Source: Nannocystis bainbridge (GTDB lineage: Bacteria; Myxococcota_A; Polyangia; Nannocystales; Nannocystaceae). Taken from it: a DNA stretch of 64,000 nt. The DNA lies in contig NZ_JAQNDL010000001.1 of assembly GCF_028368995.1 (NCBI RefSeq), forward strand, positions 3,936,001 to 4,000,000. Direction: 5' to 3'. The notes beneath the pieces are model-generated. The model did not search any database. It was not told the origin of the DNA and saw only the letters and a list, made by a program, of their open reading frames with translations. Positions within the stretch are counted from its first letter, which is position 1. Each line of letters opens with the position of its first letter. Shown here piece by piece: positions 42,371-51,481 of the stretch. The translations under genes and the position numbers were made by a program.

Positions 42371-42387
42371 GGCACACGGCGTGCCAA
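42371..42387 (-). promoter_or_regulatory. Possible sigma54 (-24/-12) promoter
   Basis: Minus strand TTGGCACG-CCGT-GTGC: GG-N10-GC spacing with a TGGCACG core, just upstream of the 42356 start. Confidence 0.45.
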
Positions 42388-42594
42388 GCCCTCCGGGCAG
42401 GAATTCGCCGCCCTGCGTGAGCGCGTGAGGGTCCCCGCGACACGCACGCCCGGGCGCTCGCACCGTCGCGGTCCTGCTCACGCGCGAGCGAGCGGCACGC
42501 CGGGGTCCACGCGACCCGGCACGACTCCGAGCACCGCATGCGCCGGAGAACTCGCGAGGTGCGCGACTCGAGGACCCATGCCCGGCGATGCTCC

Positions 42595-42670
42595 TGTCCC
42601 GATGAACATGCCCCTTCGAACATGCTCTTTATGGCATGCGCGAAAGAACATGCCCGTCAGGACATGTCTC
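42595..42670. repeat. 14-bp-period TG-N10-CA array D (5 units plus partial)
   Basis: tgtcccgatgaaca|tgccccttcgaaca|tgctctttatggca|tgcgcgaaagaaca|tgcccgtcaggaca|tgtctc; abuts the 42671 stop. Confidence 0.92.
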
Positions 42671-43150
42671 TCAGTCCGGGAACGCCCGTGAGCACTGGTC
42701 GAGCAGCCACGGCAGCTCGGCGTTGCGGTCGCCCAGCAGCACCGTCACGCACGCCGCGGCGCGCGGGCTGGTCTCGCGCTCGCAGGCGCTCTGGTCGGCC
42801 GCGCGGCTGGCCTGCAGCAGCTTCGCGGCCGCGCCCGCGCTGTCGATGTCGCGGTAGAGCGCGTCGGCGGCGGCGAACATGGCCGAGCAGGCCTGCTTGC
42901 GGTCGGTCGGCAGCGGGTCGGGCAGGCGCGACGCGACCTGGGTCCGCAGCGCCGCCGCCTCGCCGTCGTAGTCGGGCTGGTTGGCGAACCCGCGCGCGTC
43001 GTTGTTGGCGGTGCGGCCCGCGGGCGGGCTCGGCTGCGTCGGCGCCGGCGCGGCGTCCGACGACGTCGGCGAGGCCGAGCGCCCTTCCGGGGCCGGGGTA
43101 CAGGCGGCGAGGAGCACCACCGCGAAGAGAGCGTCCCGCGCGCGAGGCAT
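42671..43150 (-). CDS. Hypothetical lipoprotein
   Basis: LAAC lipobox; helical domain with 4 Cys. Confidence 0.7.
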   Translation of the reverse strand: MPRARDALFAVVLLAACTPAPEGRSASPTSSDAAPAPTQPSPPAGRTANNDARGFANQPDYDGEAAALRTQVASRLPDPLPTDRKQACSAMFAAADALYRDIDSAGAAAKLLQASRAADQSACERETSPRAAACVTVLLGDRNAELPWLLDQCSRAFPD

Positions 43151-43344
43151 GCGGCCGGAGCATAGCCGCCCCCGCCCCCGACGTCTCGCTTCGCGGGCCG
43201 TCCGGCGCCCCCTCGATCGGCCCTGCCCGCCGTCCTGCCGTATCCGCGAAGCACCTGCGAAGGCCTCATGTCACGGACACGGTGCGCCGATCCGCACGCC
43301 CGTGCGCATGCGCCGGCGCGGCCTGCCGCGATAGGATGCCCGCC

Positions 43345-45189
43345 ATGACGGCGGTCCCTCGCGACGCGTGGCCCATGGTCTCTCTCGCCCTCGCGGCGCT
43401 CCTGTCCGGCAGGGCGAGCGCCGCGACCGAGCCGGGCAGCCTGCAGAACCCGCTCGAGAAGGCGGCCGACTGCCGCAAGTGCCACGCCTTCGCCAACCCG
43501 CCGCAGCACGTCGAGCTGCCCAACGTCTCGCCGATCGCGTGGGCCGGCGGGATGATGGCCAACGCCGCCCGCGACCCGGTGTTCTGGGCCGGCGTGGCGA
43601 TCGCCGCCCAGGACATGCCCGGCGAGACCAATAGCTGCATCCGCTGCCACTCGCCGCGGGCCTTCGTGGCTGGCCGCGACGACGCCACGGCGATCGACGA
43701 CCTCGATCCCGACGACCTCTCCGGCGTGGACTGCGACCTCTGTCACCGCATGATCGACGACGGCCTCACCCCGTTCGGCGACGCGCACTACACCATCGAC
43801 GACGTCGTCGGCGACGCCGGCGACGTGCCCAAGCAGGGCCCGTGGTCCTACGACGGCGGCGACAAGCCGATGCACAGCTGGGTCGTCGGCGACCTGCTGG
43901 GCCGCTCCGAGCACTGCGGCACCTGTCACGACGTCACCACCGGGCGCGACCGCCTCGACGACCGCGGCCAGCCGATCGGCGCCAAGTTCAACGAGCAGCG
44001 CACCTACAGCGAGTGGCTCGCCAGCGCCTACGCGAGCGAGGGCCTCGAGTTCAAGTCGTGCCAGGACTGCCACATGCCGGCGGTCGACGACGTGGCCGGC
44101 TGCGCCGAGTTCAACGGCCAGGGCACCTTCCACCCGACCGGCGGCCGCCGCCACGACCTCGCGGGGGCGAACCGCCGCATGGTCGAGATCTTGAAAACCC
44201 TCTACGGCAGCGAGGGCAGCGGCGACATCGAGGACGCGTACTTCGAGGTCGCGCTCGCCGGCATCGACCTGTCGCTGGCCGGGGCCGCCACGCTCGAGGT
44301 CACCGCGCCGGCGGAGGTCGACCTCGCCGCGGGCATCGACGCGTGGACGGTCAAGGTCACCAACAACACCGGCCACAAGCTGCCGACCGGCTACTCCGAG
44401 GGTCGCGTCATGTGGCTCGAGGTCACCGCGAGCTACTTCGACGAGGTCGTCTACGCCTCGGGCCGGTGGCTCGCCGGCGAGGGCCTCGAGGGTGACCCTC
44501 AGCAGCGCACCTACGAGGCGATCGCCGTCCACCAGCAGACCGGCGTCACCAACCATTTGCTGCTCAACGACTACTGGCAGGTCGACAGCAGGATCCCCCC
44601 CAAAGGCCTCCAGGCGGGCATCGAGACCGACCCCGTCGGCGACCGCTACACCCCGCTGCCCGACGAGACCTGGCCGCACTGGGACGAGGTCACCTACTCG
44701 TTCGGCCCGGGCCAGGCGATCGACACCACCCCCGGCGTGGCCGACGTGCTCGACCTCCGCGTCCGCCTCCTCTACGTCATCAACACCCCGGCCTACCTCG
44801 ATTTCCTGGCCGACGAGAACCACACCAACAGCGCCGGCGCCGACGCGCGGGCCCTGTTCCCGGCCGAACCTGATCCATTGGTCCTGGCCGAATGGACAGC
44901 CTCGGTGCCGGTCGTCGGCCTGGTCGAGGAGGGCGCGACCGACACCGGCGCGACCGACAGCGACACCACCAGCGACACCACCGGCCCGGCGCCGACCACC
45001 GGCGCGACGACGGAGCCGACGTCGTCGAGCTCGGGCGCGACGCCCACCAGCACGAGCGGCGGAGCGTCCGACAGCGCGACGACCAGCGGGCAGACCGGCG
45101 GCGAAGACGGCTGCGGCTGCCGCCAGAGCAGCCCGGCCGGCAGCCTCGCGCTGCTGCTGCTCGCGCTCGTCCGCCGCCGCCGCCGCTGA
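43345..45189 (+). CDS. Secreted pentaheme c-type cytochrome with MYXO-CTERM anchor
   Basis: CRKCH, CIRCH, CDLCH, CGTCH, CQDCH; NAARDP, TYSEW, GHKLPTG; Thr/Ser stalk; GCGCRQ...LLLLALVRRRRR. Confidence 0.9.
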   Translation: MTAVPRDAWPMVSLALAALLSGRASAATEPGSLQNPLEKAADCRKCHAFANPPQHVELPNVSPIAWAGGMMANAARDPVFWAGVAIAAQDMPGETNSCIRCHSPRAFVAGRDDATAIDDLDPDDLSGVDCDLCHRMIDDGLTPFGDAHYTIDDVVGDAGDVPKQGPWSYDGGDKPMHSWVVGDLLGRSEHCGTCHDVTTGRDRLDDRGQPIGAKFNEQRTYSEWLASAYASEGLEFKSCQDCHMPAVDDVAGCAEFNGQGTFHPTGGRRHDLAGANRRMVEILKTLYGSEGSGDIEDAYFEVALAGIDLSLAGAATLEVTAPAEVDLAAGIDAWTVKVTNNTGHKLPTGYSEGRVMWLEVTASYFDEVVYASGRWLAGEGLEGDPQQRTYEAIAVHQQTGVTNHLLLNDYWQVDSRIPPKGLQAGIETDPVGDRYTPLPDETWPHWDEVTYSFGPGQAIDTTPGVADVLDLRVRLLYVINTPAYLDFLADENHTNSAGADARALFPAEPDPLVLAEWTASVPVVGLVEEGATDTGATDSDTTSDTTGPAPTTGATTEPTSSSSGATPTSTSGGASDSATTSGQTGGEDGCGCRQSSPAGSLALLLLALVRRRRR

Positions 45190-45905
45190 TTGCCCTGCTG
45201 CGCCTCGCCAGCGCCGCGGCCGCTGACGGTCCCCCTGCCAGCGCCGCGGCGATGGCCCGAAGCCACCGCCCTCGCATTGCGGCCACCGCCTGCTGAACCT
45301 GCCGGAGCGTCACGGAGATCTCGCAAGCGCAATTCCGCCCACCCCGCCCCTCACCGCGCCTCACGCGCACGAAGAATGAACAGCGTCTCGCCCGCCTCGT
45401 GGCAGCTTTCCCGTTAAGCCGCCATCATTTCCGGCCATTTATTTCCCCACTTACTCTTCGCCGACTCGCCTGCCAAACGCCCCCTGCTCGCCTCCTCGCA
45501 CCGCCCCCGGCCGTGGAGACGCCCCGGCCACCGTTCCCGCGCGGCCTTCACCGACCGCGAGCGCTGCCGTACTGTCACATTCGCCAGGGCACCCGCTTCA
45601 CCTGACCTTTTGGACATGTGCATCGACCCGCGTTTCGATGAGCGCCCGTTCATCCGCGTCGCCCTCGCGCGGCCCTGGAACCGGTGAACCGCACTTAACT
45701 CGACCGCTCGCGGCCTCGCTCGTACTTTGATTGCGTCGAGTCCAGTCGGGGCGCTGCGCAGCTCCTCCGCCTGTCCTCGATCGCCGCCGCTCCGGTGGCG
45801 AGAGCGCCGATGCGCCTCCCGTTCGCCGCCGCTGCCCGGCTGCGCCGGCGAGCCCGCCGCGCCGTGCGAGCGTCACGGCGCCGTCCTTCCCCTGCAAGGA
45901 GCCGA

Positions 45906-47426
45906 ATGACGGTACCACGATATGCCCCCCCGCACCCCGCGTCGCGCCCCTGCTTGCAATTGGTGTCGTCGCATTCGCGCCGCGCCGCCCCTGGCGACGG
46001 CGGCCCGCGCCCCTCGCTCGTCGCCGCGATCGACGATTTGCCGGAGCTCACGGGCGACGTCTTCGTCGCCGCCCTCGCCCGCGAGACCGCCGCCGGCACG
46101 CGCGTCCTGGCCTATCACGCCCGCCGCGACGACGACCGCGGCGTCGTCTTGACCGCCGCGCTGGTGCGCCCGCGCGGCCTCGCGGTGATGCGCGGCCGCG
46201 CCGTGCCCGACCGCCCGCTGCCGGCCCTGAGCGGCCCGCTCGGCGCCCACGAGCGCCTGCTCGAGCGGACCTACGGCCTGCAGCTCGCCGCCCCGCCTTC
46301 GCGCGAAGAATCGACCGACCCGCGCGACATGTGGTTCTGGCCCGCCGACAAGCACCTCGGCCCCGGCGACCGCGACGCGAGCTTCGGCGGCCTCGTCGAG
46401 CACGGCCCGCTGCGCCTGCACTGCCGCGGCGACCAGATCCGCGTCGCCGAGCTGCGCCCGCTCGCCGAGCGCGACTTCGAGTCCGCCCTGGGCACGCAGC
46501 CGTTCGCCGAGCTGCCCGCGCGGATCGAGGCCCTGCGCGACGAGGGCAGCATCGCCCGCGCCTGGGCCCACGCCCTGGCGATCGAGGGCCTCGCCGGCGT
46601 CGAGGTCGACCTCGCCTGCAGCGTGCACCGCGGCGTCGGCCTCGAGCTCGAGCGGATCGCCGGCCACCTCCTCGGCCTCGCTCGCATCGCCCGCGCGATC
46701 GGCTGCGGCCCCGCCGCGTCCGAGCTCGAGCGCCTGCACGCCCGCGTCCGCGACCTCCTCGTGCGCCTGTGCGGCGACCCCCACGGGCACGGCTTCATCC
46801 GCCCCGGCGGCGCGCCCGAGCCGTTCAACGCTTCCCGCATCGCCGACGTGCGCGCCACCCTCGCTGCGCTGCGCGACGCCTTCGCTCGCACCGGCGCGGG
46901 CCTGCTGCGCGCTCGCTCGGTCCAGGCCCGCCTCGACGGCGTCGGGGGTCTCAGCCGCCGCGACGCCGCCCTCGCCGGCCTCGTCGGTCCGGCTGCGCGC
47001 GCCAGCGGCCTGGCGCACGACCTCCGGCGCGACCTCCCCGGCCGCCTCTACCGCCGCCACGAGGTCGAGCTGTTCGTCGAGCACGACGGCGACTGCCTCG
47101 CCCGCACCTCCGTGCGCGTGCACGAGGTCGAGGCCGCCCTCGCGTGGATCCTCGGCTGCGTCGCCGGGGCCGCCGCTGCGCGTACCTCGGGGATCGCCCC
47201 GCTCGCCGCGCGTCACCTGGCGATCGCCGCCGTCGAGGGCGCGCGCGGGCCGATCGTCCATTTGCTCGAGACCGACGCCACCGGTCAGCTGATCGACTAT
47301 CGCGCCCAGGACCCCGCCATGTTCGCCTGGCCCGCCCTGGCCACCGCCGTGCGCGGCGGCTCGCTCGCCGACGTGCCCCTGTGCGGCCACAGCCTCGACC
47401 TCTCGCTCGGCGGCCCCGCCTGCTGA
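45906..47426 (+). CDS. Degenerate group-4 hydrogenase-like large subunit (HyfG/EhrL; NuoC+NuoD-like)
   Basis: ERLLERTYGL, LELERIAGHL, GLVGPAARASGLAHDLRRD, GDCLAR, VEGARG, DP..FAWPAL, DVPLCGHSLDLS; no Ni-binding CxxC pairs. Start uncertain. Confidence 0.72.
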   Translation: MTVPRYAPPHPASRPCLQLVSSHSRRAAPGDGGPRPSLVAAIDDLPELTGDVFVAALARETAAGTRVLAYHARRDDDRGVVLTAALVRPRGLAVMRGRAVPDRPLPALSGPLGAHERLLERTYGLQLAAPPSREESTDPRDMWFWPADKHLGPGDRDASFGGLVEHGPLRLHCRGDQIRVAELRPLAERDFESALGTQPFAELPARIEALRDEGSIARAWAHALAIEGLAGVEVDLACSVHRGVGLELERIAGHLLGLARIARAIGCGPAASELERLHARVRDLLVRLCGDPHGHGFIRPGGAPEPFNASRIADVRATLAALRDAFARTGAGLLRARSVQARLDGVGGLSRRDAALAGLVGPAARASGLAHDLRRDLPGRLYRRHEVELFVEHDGDCLARTSVRVHEVEAALAWILGCVAGAAAARTSGIAPLAARHLAIAAVEGARGPIVHLLETDATGQLIDYRAQDPAMFAWPALATAVRGGSLADVPLCGHSLDLSLGGPAC

Positions 47427-47501
47427 TGCTCTCACGGGCGCGCCCGCCGACCTCCGTCCTCGACCTCCTCGCCACGCACGACTCACCCACCGGCTTCGAT
47501 C

Positions 47502-48218
47502 ATGCAGGCACCCACTCCAGCCACCGTCGCCAAGATCCTCGTCGTCGAGGACAACCGCAAGCTCGCCAGCTTCCTCTCGCGCGCGCTCTCCGAGGAGGGC
47601 TACGTCGTCGACCTCGTCGAGGACGGCGCGGTCGCGGTGTCGCAGGCGCGCAGCATCCCCTACAACCTCGTGATCCTCGACTGGATGCTGCCCTCGCTCG
47701 ACGGCCTCCACGTCTGCCGCGCCCTGAGGACCGCGGGCAAGACCGTCCCGATCCTCATGCTCACCGCCCGCGCCGACTTCTGTGACCGGATCTCCGGCCT
47801 CGACGCCGGCGCCGACGATTTTTTACCCAAGCCGTTCGACCTCAGCGAGCTGCTCGCCCGCGTGCGCGCCCTCGGCCGTCGCGGCCAGCGCGACCGCTTC
47901 CTCGAGGTCGGCCTGCTGCGCATCGATCGCCAGGACCGCACCGTCTGCTTCGCCGGCGTCGACCTCGACCTCACCCACCGCGAGTTCATGCTGCTCGGCT
48001 ACCTCGCGCGCGAGGCCGGCCGCGTCGTCTCCCGCCTCGAGCTGCTGCAAAACGTGTGGGAGGCCACCTACGACCCCGGCACCAACATGATCGACGTCCA
48101 CGTCAAGAACCTGCGGACCAAGCTCGGCGAGCACGCGGGCATGATCGAGACGGTGCGCGGCGTCGGCTATCGCTGGCACACCGAGGTCGACATTCTCTCG
48201 CCCGAGGCCCGCTCCTGA
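47502..48218 (+). CDS. OmpR/PhoB family response regulator
   Basis: LVVEDN, LDWMLP, LTAR, GADDFLPKPF, LTHREF, IETVRGVGY. Confidence 0.94.
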   Translation: MQAPTPATVAKILVVEDNRKLASFLSRALSEEGYVVDLVEDGAVAVSQARSIPYNLVILDWMLPSLDGLHVCRALRTAGKTVPILMLTARADFCDRISGLDAGADDFLPKPFDLSELLARVRALGRRGQRDRFLEVGLLRIDRQDRTVCFAGVDLDLTHREFMLLGYLAREAGRVVSRLELLQNVWEATYDPGTNMIDVHVKNLRTKLGEHAGMIETVRGVGYRWHTEVDILSPEARS

Positions 48219-48237
48219 GCCCCCGCTCGCATTCTCA

Positions 48238-48312
48238 TAAACCTTCGAACATGTTCCCGAGAACATGCTCCTATGCGCATGCTCATTTAGACATGTTCTT
48301 TCGCGCATGTCA
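48238..48312. repeat. 14-bp-period TG-N10-CA array E (4 full units plus partial units)
   Basis: taaaccttcgaaca|tgttcccgagaaca|tgctcctatgcgca|tgctcatttagaca|tgttctttcgcgca|tgtca; between convergent stops. Confidence 0.92.
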
Positions 48313-49827
48313 CGGGGCGCGCTTGCGCCGGCCCGGGTCGAACCACACCGCCACCTCGATCCCGAGGTTGAGCTCGACCCCGCCGATGGCCGCCAGCGCC
48401 GGCTCCCCCGGGCGCGCCAGCAGCGGCTTGCGCGGCCCGCCTGCGCCTGGCTCCCCCGAGGCCCACAGCTCCGCGCGCGCCCCGGCGCGCACCGCCACGG
48501 CCGGGAGACGCAGCCAGAAGCCCGGCGACAGCCGCAGCCCGCCGCCGAGCAGCGGCCGCGACCCGCCGCGGATCACCGTCGCCTCGCCGCCTGCCAGGCC
48601 CCACCACTCGACCCCGACCAGCCCGACGATCGGCAGCTCGAACGCCCGCACCCGCACGCCGAAGCCCGCCCCCGCCGCCATCCGCACGCGCACCAGCGTG
48701 TGGCGATCGACCGGGGCCACCGTCGCCCGCACCTCGACCGCCGCGATCGCCCCGCGACGCCAGCGCAGGTCGAGCCCGAGCCCGAACATCGCGCCGCGCA
48801 CCCCCGCGAGCGGCCGGTCGAGCCCGAACGAGGCCCCGTCGTAGCGGACCAGGCCGAGCTCGAGCGCGGGCACCCGCGGCTTCGCAGGCGCGGGCAACCG
48901 CGGACAAAGCTGCACCTCGGGACATGTCCTATTAGAAATGTCCTTCGGGACAGGCGACTGCGGCGGTGGTGCGGCGGCGATCGCCGGCGGCACCGGCACG
49001 TCGCGCTGATCGGGGGCGACCGAGTCGTCCTCGATGGCGGCGATCAGCAGCGCCAGCGCGGCCGCCACCGGGCGCGCGGGCGGCTCGTCCTCGGTGTCGA
49101 CGACGCGGAAATAGGCCCGCCCGTCAGCGAGGATCAGCGCCACCTGCACCTGCGTCGGCGACGTCCGCCGCAGGTCGACGAACGCGCGCAGGCCGTCGCC
49201 CACGGGCAGCGCCTCGCCCTGCTGCGCCAGCGCCAGCGACGGCAAGCGCACCCGCAGCGCCCGCGCGACGTCGGCGAACACCAGCCCCTCGACGTGCACC
49301 AGCGCCCCGGCGATCGTCAGCGCCCGCACGCCGACCGGGCCTTCGCTCGCGCCCATCTGCACTGCTGCGGGAGGTCCCGTGCTCGCATCCCTCGGCGCTG
49401 CGTCAGGACTCGAGCTCGCGTCGCTTGGCGGCGAAGGCACGCTCGCTCCCGACATCGCTGGAGGCGACGTGGCCGTATGGCGCTTCGCCCCCCGATCGTC
49501 CCTCGGTGGCGAAGGCTCGCTCGCTCCCGGCGCCGCAGAAGGTGACGCGACTGCGTCACGCTTCGCCCCCTGTTCGTCCCTCGGTGGCGGAGCCACGCTC
49601 GCAGGCGACAGGGCCGCATCACGCTTCGCTCCCTGATCGTCCCTCGGTGACGAACGCTCGCTCGCTCCCGGCGCCGCGTCACGCTTCGCCGCCTGATCGT
49701 CCCTCGGTGGCGAAGGCTCGCTCGCTCCCGGCGCCGCGGACGACAGGGCCGCATCACGCTTCGCCGCCCCGCCAGGCGCGGCGGTCGGGCTCGTCAGCGC
49801 GAGCGCGAGCAGAGGAGCGAAGAGCAC
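48310..49827 (-). CDS. Secreted/outer-membrane protein with N-terminal repeat region
   Basis: Signal peptide, about 5 repeats of PPRDDQGAKRDA...APGASEPS, C-terminal alternating beta strands. Confidence 0.65.
   Translation of the reverse strand: MLFAPLLALALTSPTAAPGGAAKRDAALSSAAPGASEPSPPRDDQAAKRDAAPGASERSSPRDDQGAKRDAALSPASVAPPPRDEQGAKRDAVASPSAAPGASEPSPPRDDRGAKRHTATSPPAMSGASVPSPPSDASSSPDAAPRDASTGPPAAVQMGASEGPVGVRALTIAGALVHVEGLVFADVARALRVRLPSLALAQQGEALPVGDGLRAFVDLRRTSPTQVQVALILADGRAYFRVVDTEDEPPARPVAAALALLIAAIEDDSVAPDQRDVPVPPAIAAAPPPQSPVPKDISNRTCPEVQLCPRLPAPAKPRVPALELGLVRYDGASFGLDRPLAGVRGAMFGLGLDLRWRRGAIAAVEVRATVAPVDRHTLVRVRMAAGAGFGVRVRAFELPIVGLVGVEWWGLAGGEATVIRGGSRPLLGGGLRLSPGFWLRLPAVAVRAGARAELWASGEPGAGGPRKPLLARPGEPALAAIGGVELNLGIEVAVWFDPGRRKRAP
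49430..49770. repeat. Coding tandem repeat (60-78 bp units)
   Basis: Recurrent CGCTTCGCC..TGATCGTCCCTCGGTGGCGAAGGCTCGCTCGCTCCCGGCGCCGC. Confidence 0.8.
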
Positions 49828-50138
49828 GGCGAGCCGCTATATAGCCCGCCGGGGCCGACGCGGCGAGGGCTGCCGGCAGGTGCGTGTCGACTCGCGCAAT
49901 CTCGCCACGCTCACCGCCGCGGCTCGATCGGGGTGCCTCGCCTCACTGCATGTTGCGCCCGACCTGAGGCGAGCAGACGCGAACCTCGGCTACAGGCGCA
50001 ACCGACCAGCGTGGCCGATCGTCCTGGGCATGTTGCCCGGGACAAGCCGTCGCGCCGGTCGACTCGAGGCGACCGGCGCGTGACGAGCGGACGCAGCAGC
50101 CCTCGTCAGCCGCGGGCGCTCGTTCGTGATCCCTGCCG

Positions 50139-51398
50139 TCAGGGCTGGCCGAGGCAATCGGCGAGCTTCTGATCGCACACGGCAGGCTCGCCCCCTTGCT
50201 CGAGGCACCCCTGGTGCTGCTCGAAGCACTCGAACGGCGGCGGCGGCTCCGGCGGGCCCGCGCACAGCTCCCACTGCGCCTTGCACTCCTCCGGGGCGAT
50301 GCCCTCTTGCAAGCACAGCTCGAGCTCGAGGTCGCAACCATTCGGCGGCGGCGGCTCGCCGAGGCACTCCTGCAGCGCCCCCTCGCACTCCGACGGATCG
50401 ATCCCCTGCTCGAGGCACTGCTGGAAATGCCAGTGGCACTCGTCCGGCGCCGGCGGCTGGCCCAGGCACTCCTGCAATTGCGCCTCGCACTCGGCCGGAT
50501 CGATCCCCTGCTGCAGGCACCCCTCGAATTGCCACTTGCAGTCGTCCGGCGGCGGCGGCGGCGGCTCGCCGAGGCACTCTTGCAGCGCCCCCTCGCACTC
50601 CGACGGATCGATCCCCTGCTCGAGGCACTGCTGGAAATGCCAGTGGCACTCGTCCGGCGCCGGCGGCTGGCCCAGGCACTCCTGCAACTGCGCCTCGCAC
50701 TCGGCCGGATCGATCCCCTGCTGCAGGCACCCCTCGAATTGCCACTTGCAGCCGTCGGGCGGCGGCGGCGGCTCGCCGAGGCACTCTTGCAGCGCCCCCT
50801 CGCACTCCGACGGATCGATCCCCTGCTCGAGGCACTCCTGGAAATGCCAGTGGCACTCGTCCGGCGCCGGCGGCGGCTCGCCGACGCACTGCTGCCATTG
50901 CGCCTCGCACTCGCCCGGGTCGTTGCCCTGCTCGAGGCAGATCTCGAGCTGCAGCTTGCACGCGTCCTCCGCCGGCGGCGGGCACGGGTCCGGCGGGCAC
51001 AGCTGCTCGCAGACCTCGACCGGATGGCCCTGCTCGAGGCACTTCACCAGCTCGCCCTTGCAGTCGGGCGGCGGCTGAACGCACTGCTCGAACTCGGCCT
51101 TGCAGAGCGTCGGGTCGACGCCCGCCTCGAAGCAGAGCTGCAGCTGCCATTCGCAGTCCGGCGGCTCGGGCGCCGGCGGCGGCGCGCAGCCCTCGAGCAG
51201 CGGCGCGCACTCCTCGGCCGTGTGGCCCTGGTCGAGGCAGCCCACGTATTGCTGCTTGCAATCGTCGGGGGCCGGCTCGTCGTCCCCGTCTTTCTCCTCG
51301 AGGTCGACCTTCACGTCGCAGCCGGTGGGGACCAGCACGGTGAACACCGTGCACGAGAACAGGAGGCCGAGTCGGCGCAGCAGGGGCAGTGTAGTCAT
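50139..51398 (-). CDS. Lipoprotein of 11 CX6CX9CX6C helical-hairpin repeats joined by poly-Pro
   Basis: PTGC lipobox; repeats such as CHWHFQECLEQGIDPSECEGALQEC; near-identical 207-210 bp DNA duplications at about 50350-50880. Confidence 0.82.
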   Translation of the reverse strand: MTTLPLLRRLGLLFSCTVFTVLVPTGCDVKVDLEEKDGDDEPAPDDCKQQYVGCLDQGHTAEECAPLLEGCAPPPAPEPPDCEWQLQLCFEAGVDPTLCKAEFEQCVQPPPDCKGELVKCLEQGHPVEVCEQLCPPDPCPPPAEDACKLQLEICLEQGNDPGECEAQWQQCVGEPPPAPDECHWHFQECLEQGIDPSECEGALQECLGEPPPPPDGCKWQFEGCLQQGIDPAECEAQLQECLGQPPAPDECHWHFQQCLEQGIDPSECEGALQECLGEPPPPPPDDCKWQFEGCLQQGIDPAECEAQLQECLGQPPAPDECHWHFQQCLEQGIDPSECEGALQECLGEPPPPNGCDLELELCLQEGIAPEECKAQWELCAGPPEPPPPFECFEQHQGCLEQGGEPAVCDQKLADCLGQP

Positions 51399-51481
51399 TT
51401 CAACGTCCTTCTTGCGATGCGTTCGCACGGTGAGTGGCCCGGCCCGGGCCGCGATTACAGCCGACCCTCACGAATTGTGAT

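Noticed and set aside
45190-45900. Structured RNA in the pyrimidine-rich gap before the HyfG-like gene
   Set aside because: No convincing stem or riboswitch consensus by eye; only one 14-bp motif copy (45603) and promoter-like AT patches.
11665-48312. 14-bp motif as a CRP/FNR/MrpC, parS or NifA-type site
   Set aside because: Spacing or sequence differs (CRP TGTGA-N6-TCACA, FNR TTGAT-N4-ATCAA, NifA TGT-N10-ACA, parS 16 bp), and the sites lie in genes and 3' ends rather than promoters.
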